Below, one piece after another: positions 1 through 5,852 of a stretch of DNA of 7,763 nucleotides. A program made the translations under genes and the position numbers. Within the stretch, counting starts at the first letter, position 1. Each line of letters starts with the position of its first letter. Below the pieces are notes generated by a model. It did no database searches. It was not told the origin of the DNA and saw only the letters and a program-made list of their open reading frames with translations. Origin of the DNA: Delftia acidovorans NBRC 14950 (GTDB lineage: Bacteria; Pseudomonadota; Gammaproteobacteria; Burkholderiales; Burkholderiaceae_C); assembly GCF_001598795.1 (NCBI RefSeq), contig NZ_BCZP01000052.1, positions 1 through 7,763 of the forward strand, written 5' to 3'.

Positions 1-11
1 GCTGCGCGCCT

Positions 12-45
12 TCCCCCTCTCTACCCGCTGCGCGGGGGAGGGGGA
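12..45. repeat. GC-rich imperfect hairpin, REP-like extragenic palindrome at the window edge
   Basis: tccccctctct (12-22) pairs with ggggaggggga (35-45): 11 bp including 2 G-U pairs, with a 12-nt loop. The octamer gctgcgcg occurs at 1-8 and again at 27-34. There is no downstream T-tract, so it is not a classic intrinsic terminator. It lies upstream of the pta-like start. Confidence 0.3.
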
Positions 46-200
46 CGACACCCTCGGTGCGGGGCGGCCCTTCCTCGGTGTCCCTGGGATGGGCCGCGCC
101 GGTTTCATGCGCCTGGGTGAAGCGCAAGGCTCTCGAAAGCCGATTCCCAGATTCCCTGCGTTGCTCGCGCCGGGCCCTGTACTTTCCCGCAGGAGCTTTC

Positions 201-1175
201 ATGGTCCCCCCACTTTCACTCGCCGTGGCCGCCGACGATGCGCCCGCCACGCACCGCCCCCATCTCCAGCACTTGCTCGACCAGGCCAAGGCGCAAGGCC
301 CCATTCCGGTGGCCGTGGCCTATCCCTGTGATGCGGGCTCGCTGCAGGCCGCCATGCAGGCCGCGCAGGCGGGCCTGATCACGCCGCTTCTGGTCGGCCC
401 CGAGGCACGCATCCGGGCGGCGGCCCAGTCGGCCGGGCTGGATCTGGCGGGCGCGTCCATCCATTCCACCGCCGACGATCCGCGCGCGGCGGCGGCCCAG
501 GCGGCGGCGCTGTGCGGCAGCGGCCAGGCCCGCGCGCTGATGAAGGGCAGCCTGCACAGCGACGAGTTGCTGGGCGCTGCCGTGGCGCGCGAGGCCGGCC
601 TGCGCGGCAGCCGCCGCGCCAGCCATGTGTTCGTGATGGACCTGCCGGGCTTCGAGCGCCCGCTGCTGATGACCGACTGCGTGGTCAACATCTTCCCCAC
701 GCTGATGGACAAGCGCGACATTGCGCAGAACGCCATCGACCTGGCCCGTGCCATCGGCATTGCGCGGCCCCGCGTGGCCGTGCTCTCGGCGGTGGAGACG
801 GTCAACCCCGCCATTCCCGGCACCATCGACGCGGCCGCGCTGTGCAAGATGGCCGACCGGGGGCAGATCAGCGGCGCCATCCTCGACGGGCCGCTGGCCT
901 ACGACAACGCCATCTCGCTGCGCTCGGCGCATCACAAGGGCATCGTCTCCGATGTGGCCGGCCAGCCCGACGTGCTGCTGGTGCCCAGCCTGGAGGCCGG
1001 CAACATGATCTACAAGCAGCTGGTCTACATGGCCGACGCCGAATGCGCGGGCCTGGTGCTGGGCATGCGCGTGCCCATCGTGCTGACCAGCCGTTCGGAC
1101 TCGGTGGCCAGCCGCATCGCGTCCTGCGCGCTGGCCGTGCTGGCCGATGCGGCGGGCGGCAAGGAGCAGCCATGA
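201..1175 (+). CDS. pta: Phosphate acetyl/butyryl-transferase family protein (PTA_PTB; phosphotransacetylase-like), 324 aa
   Basis: This is the in-frame part of track ORF 57..1175. The ATG at 201 is preceded by AGGAG (191-195) with a 5-nt spacer. The reading frame upstream of 201 has clearly lower GC3 and contains the hairpin, so the GTG at 57 is unlikely. PTA_PTB-type motifs are present: SAVETVN, DGPLAYDNAIS, DVLLVPSLEAGNMIYKQL and VPIVLTSRSDS. GC3 is very high throughout. Confidence 0.85.
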   Translation: MVPPLSLAVAADDAPATHRPHLQHLLDQAKAQGPIPVAVAYPCDAGSLQAAMQAAQAGLITPLLVGPEARIRAAAQSAGLDLAGASIHSTADDPRAAAAQAAALCGSGQARALMKGSLHSDELLGAAVAREAGLRGSRRASHVFVMDLPGFERPLLMTDCVVNIFPTLMDKRDIAQNAIDLARAIGIARPRVAVLSAVETVNPAIPGTIDAAALCKMADRGQISGAILDGPLAYDNAISLRSAHHKGIVSDVAGQPDVLLVPSLEAGNMIYKQLVYMADAECAGLVLGMRVPIVLTSRSDSVASRIASCALAVLADAAGGKEQP

Positions 1176-2218
1176 GCCAGGTTCAAGCCCCGTTGGCAGC
1201 ACAGCCGCCCGTGCCGCGCATGCTGCAATGGCTGAAGCTCCTGCCCGGCACGGGCCTGTCGGGCGTGATTGCGCTGGCAGCCACCTTCGTCTCCACGCTG
1301 CACGGCGGGCCGCAGCTGCTGTTCGCGCTGTTCTTCGGCGTGGCCTTCCACTTCCTGAGCCAGGACGCGCGCGCCAAGCCGGGCATCGAGTTCTGTGCAC
1401 GCGGCGTGCTGCGCCTTGGCGTGGGCCTGCTGGGCGCGCGCATCACGGCCACGCAGATCGCGGGCCTGGGCTGGACCACGGCGCTGATCGTCATCGCGGC
1501 CGTGGTCACCACGCTGCTGTGCGGCACGCTGCTGGGCCGGCGCCTGGGCCTGACGCGGCCGCAGGGCGTGCTGTCGGGCGGCGCGGTGGCCATCTGCGGC
1601 GCCTCGGCGGCGCTGGCCATCTCGTCGGTGCTGCCGCGCGACAAGGACAGCGACCGCTTCACGCTCACCGTGGTGGTCACGGTCACCGTGCTGTCCACGG
1701 CCGCCATGGTGCTGTACCCGCTGGTGGCGCGCGCACTGCACCTGCCGCCCGAGCTGGCGGGCCTGTTCATCGGCGGCACCATCCACGATGTGGCCCAGGT
1801 GGTGGGCGCGGGCTACACCATCGACCAGGCCACGGGCGACTACGCCACCATCGTCAAGCTGTTCCGCGTGTCCATGCTGGCCGTGGTGGTGGTCATGGTC
1901 TCGGCCCTGTTCAAGCGCCAGCGCGAGGCTGCGGCCGAGCAGCACCACGGCAAGAAGCCGGGCCTGGTGCCCTGGTTCCTGTGGGTGTTCGTCGCGCTGG
2001 TGGCCATCAACTCGCTGGGCTGGGTGCCGCCGGGCCTGCAGCACCAGTTGAGCGACCTGTCGCGCAACTGCCTGGTGCTGGCCATTGCGGCCCTGGGCCT
2101 GAAGACCTCGTTCCAGCAACTGGCCCAGGCCGGCTGGCGGCCTTTTGCACTGCTGGTGGTGGAGACGCTGTGGATGGCGGCCTTCGTGCTGATCGCCATC
2201 GAGTTCGAGATGCGGTGA
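1172..2218 (+). CDS. yeiH: YeiH/UPF0324 family integral membrane protein (putative sulfate exporter family, TauZ-like), 348 aa
   Basis: This is the in-frame part of track ORF 512..2218. The ATG at 1172 overlaps the pta stop (ATGA, 1172-1175) and is preceded by AAGGAG (1161-1166). The protein is multi-TM and hydrophobic, with the family hallmarks GGAVAICGASAA and GGTIHDVAQVVGAGY. An alternative start (MLQWL) lies at 1220. Confidence 0.85.
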   Translation: MSQVQAPLAAQPPVPRMLQWLKLLPGTGLSGVIALAATFVSTLHGGPQLLFALFFGVAFHFLSQDARAKPGIEFCARGVLRLGVGLLGARITATQIAGLGWTTALIVIAAVVTTLLCGTLLGRRLGLTRPQGVLSGGAVAICGASAALAISSVLPRDKDSDRFTLTVVVTVTVLSTAAMVLYPLVARALHLPPELAGLFIGGTIHDVAQVVGAGYTIDQATGDYATIVKLFRVSMLAVVVVMVSALFKRQREAAAEQHHGKKPGLVPWFLWVFVALVAINSLGWVPPGLQHQLSDLSRNCLVLAIAALGLKTSFQQLAQAGWRPFALLVVETLWMAAFVLIAIEFEMR

Positions 2219-2245
2219 ACCCAGGCTCAACACGGCAGTTTTCCA

Positions 2246-2277
2246 GGGCCCGCCATGCGCGGGCCCTTTTCATTTCT
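2246..2277 (+). terminator. Rho-independent terminator of the pta-yeiH unit
   Basis: The stem gggcccgc (2246-2253) / gcgggccc (2259-2266) is 8 GC-rich bp with a 5-nt loop (catgc). It is followed by TTTTCATTTCT and lies 28 nt after the yeiH stop. Confidence 0.8.
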
Positions 2278-2293
2278 CATGGAACCGGCGCAT

Positions 2294-2322
2294 TTGATGT
2301 TCGCGCATCGAGATGATACATT
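2294..2322 (+). promoter_or_regulatory. Candidate sigma70 promoter (TTGATG-N17-TACATT with extended -10 TG)
   Basis: TTGATG lies at 2294-2299, followed by exactly 17 nt and then TACATT at 2317-2322. A TG at 2314-2315 is in the extended -10 position. The element sits in the only AT-richer stretch between the terminator and the small ORF at 2365. Confidence 0.4.
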
Positions 2323-2364
2323 TGCACACAATTTTTTGACGCACATCAACGCCCGACACGAGCC

Positions 2365-2670
2365 GTGAACGTTCTTCGCAAGCAAGCCGGCAGATTCCGC
2401 AGACGCACTGCCATCCAGGTCCTCGCCCTCCTGCGCAGGCAACAACCCCTGCAAGCTGCCTTGCTGCGGCTGCTTCCGTGCCTGCTGCTGCTGGCCGGCT
2501 GCGCCGTGCTGCTGGACTCCCTGGTGCCCATCCCGCTGTGGGCCGTCGCCGGCCTGACGGGGGTCATGGCGGGCTACATCGCCCACAACTGCCAGGCGTT
2601 TGTTGCATCCCAGCGCAAGAAATCCATGCTGCGCCATCTCGCGCGCTGCTGCCTGCTGCACGCCCAATGA
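2365..2670 (+). CDS. Hypothetical small membrane protein, 101 aa (basic N-terminus, two predicted TM helices, Cys-containing basic C-terminus)
   Basis: Track ORF with a GTG start. Its GC3 is high (about 85% by eye) and higher than that of the overlapping antisense ORF. The hydrophobic stretches are LLRLLPCLLLLAGCAVLLDSLV and IPLWAVAGLTGVMAGYIA. There is no convincing Shine-Dalgarno sequence and I recognise no family. Confidence 0.4.
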   Translation: MNVLRKQAGRFRRRTAIQVLALLRRQQPLQAALLRLLPCLLLLAGCAVLLDSLVPIPLWAVAGLTGVMAGYIAHNCQAFVASQRKKSMLRHLARCCLLHAQ

Positions 2671-2689
2671 AACACAGGCGCCCGGGTCG

Positions 2690-3598
2690 TCAGGCACCGC
2701 TGCTGGCATAGGCCGTCAGCGCCTGCGCGACCGCCTTGAACACCACGGCGCAGCGCTCGCTCTTGCGCAGGTCCTCATGCATGGCCACCCAGGTATCGAG
2801 CTTCCATGAGAATGCCTGCGGCAGCACCCGTACCAGGCACGGGTCCCTGTCCGCCAGCGCCGACTGGCAGATGCCGATGCCAAAGCCAGCGCGGATGGCG
2901 CCCAGCTGCGCCAGGTCGCTGTCCGAGCTCAGCGCCATGGCCTCGCGCGTGAACATCGGAAACTGCTGCTGAAACCTGCGGATGAAGGCGTTCTCATGGT
3001 CGAAGCCGATCAGCGAATGCCCGGCCAGCTCCTGCAGCGAAGCCGGCACGCCATGCCTGGCCAGATAGCTCTCATGGGCATGCAGCCCCAGTTCGATGGC
3101 GCCGATATGGCGGGCCACCAGCGCCTCCTGCTGCGGCCGGAACATGCGCACGGCCACATCGGCCTCGCGGCGCAGCAGGTCATCGACCGCGTTGGACAGC
3201 ACCAGTTCGATGCGCAGTTCAGGATGGGCCGCGCGCAATTGCGCCAGCACGGGCGGCAGCAGTTCCACGCCCACGACCTCGCTGGCCGTCAGGCGCACCG
3301 TGCCGCGCACGCCCGCGCCATGGCTGGCCGCCACGCGTCGCAGCGCGGCAGCCGTCGCGGCCATGCTGGCCGCATAGGGCTGCAATTCATAGGCAGCCTC
3401 GGTGGGTGCGAAGCCATCGGACGAACGGGTGAACAGTTGCAGGCCCAGCGCCGACTCCAGCCCGTCGATGTGCCGGCCCACGGTTGGCTGTGCCAAGCCC
3501 ATGGCCCGGCCCGCCGCTGACAGCGACCCGGACTCCAGCACCTGCAAAAAGCTGCGATACCACTCCCAATGGGGTTCCGACATCACTGATCCATTCAT
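2690..3598 (-). CDS. LysR-type transcriptional regulator (LTTR), 302 aa (297 aa if translation starts at 3583)
   Basis: The N-terminal wHTH signature is WYRSFLQVLESGSLSAAGRAMGLAQPTVGRHIDGLESALGLQLFTR, followed by a typical LTTR co-inducer domain of the expected length. The gene is divergent from the SDR gene. There are two possible ATGs (3598 and 3583), and neither has a strong SD. Confidence 0.9.
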   Translation of the reverse strand: MNGSVMSEPHWEWYRSFLQVLESGSLSAAGRAMGLAQPTVGRHIDGLESALGLQLFTRSSDGFAPTEAAYELQPYAASMAATAAALRRVAASHGAGVRGTVRLTASEVVGVELLPPVLAQLRAAHPELRIELVLSNAVDDLLRREADVAVRMFRPQQEALVARHIGAIELGLHAHESYLARHGVPASLQELAGHSLIGFDHENAFIRRFQQQFPMFTREAMALSSDSDLAQLGAIRAGFGIGICQSALADRDPCLVRVLPQAFSWKLDTWVAMHEDLRKSERCAVVFKAVAQALTAYASSGA

Positions 3599-3684
3599 TT
3601 ATGCATGGACACCAGAAGATTCTAGGCAATTTTCCTTTTGCAGCGTGTTGCGGACACTGGCGTGGTCACCACAGGACCCGCACC
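3599..3684. promoter_or_regulatory. Divergent LysR / SDR promoter-operator region
   Basis: This 86-bp intergenic region lies between divergent genes, which is the classic LTTR arrangement. It contains short dyads: GCAA-N8-TTGC (3626-3641) and AGAA-N2-TTCT (3614-3623). GGACAC is directly repeated at 3607-3612 and 3652-3657. I could not assign confident -35/-10 hexamers. Confidence 0.3.
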
Positions 3685-4671
3685 ATGCCATCCATTGCAC
3701 TTTTCGGCGCCGCAGGCGCCATCGGCCAGAGCCTGGCCGCCGCGCTCAGACAACAGGGCCGCGCCTATCGCGTGGTCGGCCGCAACGCAGCCAGCCTGCG
3801 CCAGACCTTCGGCGCCGATCCCCTGGCCGAGATCGCCACCTGGAACCCGGATGTCGCCGGCTCCATCGAGGCGGCCGCCCACGGCGTCGACACCCTGGTC
3901 TACCTGGTGGGCGTTAACTACTGGCAGTTTCAATTGCATCCCGAACTGATGCGCAAGACGCTGGAAGGCGCCATTGCCGCGGGCGTGCGCCGCATCGTGC
4001 TGATCGGCACCGTCTATCCCTACGGAAAGGCCCGCACCCTGCCCGTGGCGGAAGACCATCCGCGCGAGCCCCATACCTTCAAGGGCCGCATGCGCAAAGC
4101 CCAGGAGGACCTGCTGCTGCAAGCCCATGCACAGGGCCGCATCGAGGCCACCGTGCTGCGCCTGCCCGACTTCTACGGCCCCGGAGTGCACAACAGCCTG
4201 CTGCACGGCGCCTTCGAGGCGGCGGCCCACGGCGGCCGGGCCGACATGATCGGCCCGCTGGACAGGCCGCACGAGTTTGTCTATGTGCCTGATGTGGGCC
4301 CCGTCGTGGCGCGCCTCATCGACACGCCGCAGGCATTCGGCAGGGTCTGGCACCTGGCTGGCGCGGGGGCGACCACGCAGCGCGACATCGTCTCGGAGAT
4401 CGAACGCCTGAGCGGCAGGCCGTTGAAACTGCGCGTTGCAGGCAAGACCGCGCTGCGCCTGGCGGGCCTGCTCAGCCCCTTGATGCGCGAACTGGCCGAG
4501 ATGCACTACCTGCTGACCGATCCGCTGATCATGGACGACTCGGCCCTGCACACCCTGCTGGGCCCCATTGCCAAGACCCCCTACGCCCAGGGCATACGCG
4601 CCACGCTGGATGCCGCCAAGGCGGGCGCGGGCTCAGCCGTGAACTCCAGCCCGCAGCAGGCCACGGCCTGA
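3685..4671 (+). CDS. NAD(P)-dependent epimerase/dehydratase-family (extended or atypical SDR) protein, 328 aa
   Basis: This is the in-frame part of track ORF 3484..4671. The ATG at 3685 is preceded by AGGA (3673-3676). A Rossmann motif, FGAAGAIGQSL, starts at residues 6-16. Extended-SDR landmarks are present: VLIGTVYPYG and LRLPDFYGPG. GC3 is high. Confidence 0.8.
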   Translation: MPSIALFGAAGAIGQSLAAALRQQGRAYRVVGRNAASLRQTFGADPLAEIATWNPDVAGSIEAAAHGVDTLVYLVGVNYWQFQLHPELMRKTLEGAIAAGVRRIVLIGTVYPYGKARTLPVAEDHPREPHTFKGRMRKAQEDLLLQAHAQGRIEATVLRLPDFYGPGVHNSLLHGAFEAAAHGGRADMIGPLDRPHEFVYVPDVGPVVARLIDTPQAFGRVWHLAGAGATTQRDIVSEIERLSGRPLKLRVAGKTALRLAGLLSPLMRELAEMHYLLTDPLIMDDSALHTLLGPIAKTPYAQGIRATLDAAKAGAGSAVNSSPQQATA

Positions 4672-4717
4672 AAACAAAAAAGCCCTGACAGCAGAACTGT
4701 CAGGGCCTTTGTCTATC
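4671..4717. terminator. Bidirectional intrinsic terminator shared by the SDR gene (+) and tRNA-Gln (-)
   Basis: A perfect 10-bp stem, gccctgacag (4682-4691) / ctgtcagggc (4697-4706), has the loop cagaa. It is flanked by AAAACAAAAAA (4671-4681), which gives a strong U-tract on the minus strand, and by CTTTGTCT on the plus side, which gives a weaker U-tract. Confidence 0.8.
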
Positions 4718-4794
4718 TGGCAGGGGAGGAAGGACTCGAACCCTCGCATGCCGGAATCAAAATCCGGTGCCTTTACCAACTTGGCGACTCCCCT
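4718..4794 (-). tRNA. tRNA-Gln (anticodon UUG), 77 nt with encoded CCA
   Basis: The reverse complement reads AGGGGAG TC GCCA AGTTGGTAA AGGC A CCGGA TTTTGAT TCCGG CATGC GAGGG TTCGAGT CCTTC CTCCCCT G CCA. It has a 7-bp acceptor stem, a 3-bp D stem (typical of tRNA-Gln), a 5-bp anticodon stem, a UUUUGAU loop giving anticodon UUG, a T-loop TTCGAGT and discriminator G. Confidence 0.95.
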
Positions 4795-4805
4795 AGAAGA
4801 CCTAA

Positions 4806-4845
4806 ATTCTAATACGTTTTTTTGGTCGCAAAAAGAAAACGCCTC
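4806..4845 (-). promoter_or_regulatory. Candidate tRNA-Gln promoter in an AT-rich tract (-10 TAGAAT)
   Basis: On the minus strand, TAGAAT lies at 4811-4806, 12 nt upstream of the mature tRNA 5' end. It is preceded by an A-rich spacer and by TTTTTGCGA (about 4826-4834) as a poor -35 candidate whose spacing is ambiguous (14-17 nt). This is the most AT-rich stretch in the window. Confidence 0.35.
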
Positions 4846-4853
4846 AGATTCTT

Positions 4854-5276
4854 TCAACGCGGCGAGGCATCGGGGCCTGCATCACTCCAGCGTGCGGCCT
4901 CTTCAAGCAGATGATCTGCCGCCTCCAGAGAAGCTGCCTGCAGTTCTGGATCGTCTTCCATACGCTGCAGCACCTGGTCCACAAGGGCCGGGAACTGCGG
5001 ATCAGCCTGCAGTGCGTCACCCAGTTCACGCACCAGCGTGGCTTCCATGAACATGCGAAAGGCCTTGCGCCGCCTGTCGGGATCTGCGGCATCCATGCCC
5101 TTCAGACGCCGCAGCAAAGGTGCCAGCACGCGGGCGTCGCCCGAGCCCTCCTTCGCAGGGCCACCGGCAGAACGGGCCTGCTCCCCCTGACCTTGCGCCT
5201 GCCGCAGCCGCGCCTGTTCCAGAGCCTGGGCCCGGATCAGCGCGGCAATGCCTGAGGCGCCATCAATGCGAGTCAT
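4854..5276 (-). CDS. Hypothetical 140-aa soluble, predicted all-helical protein with an acidic C-terminal half
   Basis: Track ORF. The ATG at 5276 lies 12 nt after the TPR gene stop, with GAAGG 7 nt upstream, so the two genes look like an operon. There is no TM segment and no signal peptide. The central Gly/Ala/Gln-rich linker is QAQGQGEQARSAGGPAKEGSGD. The C-terminal segment KAFRMFMEATLVRELGDALQADPQFPALVDQVLQRMEDDPELQ looks like amphipathic helices. GC3 is about 66% by hand count. I recognise no family. Confidence 0.6.
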   Translation of the reverse strand: MTRIDGASGIAALIRAQALEQARLRQAQGQGEQARSAGGPAKEGSGDARVLAPLLRRLKGMDAADPDRRRKAFRMFMEATLVRELGDALQADPQFPALVDQVLQRMEDDPELQAASLEAADHLLEEAARWSDAGPDASPR

Positions 5277-5288
5277 GCGGGACCTTCA

Positions 5289-5852
5289 TCAATGCGCCGG
5301 CCCCGACTGCTGGTAGTTGGAGAGCAGTACATGGGCCACACCGTCGTCCGCAGGCGGGGCAGATGTCTCGGGCGAAGGCATCGCCGCCAGCACTCTCTGT
5401 ATATCTGCCGACATCGCGGGATTGTCCGTGTTGCGCTCCAGGCCAGCCACAAACAATGGCCGAGCCCCATCGAAATCATCGCGCGCCAGCGCCACGAACC
5501 CCTGTACCCAATGGGGCAACGGGCTGCTGTCGGGCAACTCGGCAAGTGGCTGCCACGTCAGCAGCGCGGCAGGCACGCGACCATCGCTGAACTGCAGCAG
5601 CCCCAGCTGGTAACGCGCCACATGCCATTGCGGACTCAGCAGCAGTGCCGTGGAAATGTGATGTTCCGCACGGCCAATGTCACCCAAGGCAGCGAATTCG
5701 GAACCCAGCAAGAAATGCGCGGCGCCCGAATCGGGCTGCTCGGCAATTGCCTGCAGGAACAGCTCGGTGGCGACCGTGCTGTCTCCCTGGGCGCTGGCCT
5801 CGAGAGCCTGGTCCAGGGTGGAGAGAGAAGAAAGATTGTCTGATTGGGACAT
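5289..5852 (-). CDS. Tetratricopeptide-repeat (TPR) protein, 187 aa
   Basis: Track ORF. It has three to four TPR-like units of about 34 aa. Examples are ATELFLQAIAEQPDSGAAHFLLGSEFAALGDIGRAEHHISTALLLSPQ and WHVARYQLGLLQFSDGRVPAALLTWQPLAEL, followed by HWVQGFVALARDDFDGARPLFVAGLERN. There is no signal peptide and no TM segment. GC3 is about 72% by hand count. No SD precedes the only available start at 5852. Confidence 0.7.
   Translation of the reverse strand: MSQSDNLSSLSTLDQALEASAQGDSTVATELFLQAIAEQPDSGAAHFLLGSEFAALGDIGRAEHHISTALLLSPQWHVARYQLGLLQFSDGRVPAALLTWQPLAELPDSSPLPHWVQGFVALARDDFDGARPLFVAGLERNTDNPAMSADIQRVLAAMPSPETSAPPADDGVAHVLLSNYQQSGPAH

Noticed and set aside
57-200. The GTG-57 start for pta. 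The pta frame is in fact open back to position 3, which would allow an N-terminal fusion such as MaoC-Pta.
   Set aside because: The upstream part has lower GC3 and contains the REP-like hairpin, and its translation is Arg/Cys/Trp/Ser-rich. ATG 201 has a perfect AGGAG SD and gives a normal-length stand-alone PTA_PTB protein.
216-2233. Long minus-strand ORFs (216..1400, 1025..2233, 1183..1782 and others) and alternative plus-frame ORFs (1147..2316, 721..1008) across pta and yeiH
   Set aside because: These are Arg/Ala/Gly/Pro-rich shadow ORFs antisense to, or out of frame with, genes that carry clear family motifs. They are a high-GC artefact.
2227-2709. A 160-aa minus-strand ORF spanning the yeiH terminator, the promoter region, the small ORF and the LysR 3' end
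   Set aside because: It runs through an intrinsic terminator and an AT-rich promoter region and overlaps the LysR stop. Its third-position GC is lower than that of the plus-strand 2365..2670 frame, and its composition looks like junk.
4718-4794. tRNA-Gln as the attachment site of an integrated genomic island
   Set aside because: The window contains no integrase, no direct repeat of the tRNA 3' half and no mobility gene. The compositionally atypical genes lie on the 5' side of the tRNA, whereas classical integration targets the 3' end. I retained only the compositional-boundary note.
4815-4841. An A-U-rich hairpin (cgttttttt / aaaaagaaaacg) as a terminator for the 140-aa gene
   Set aside because: The stem is almost entirely A-U with a wobble, it is not followed by a proper U-tract, and it overlaps the putative tRNA promoter spacer. 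It is too weak to call.
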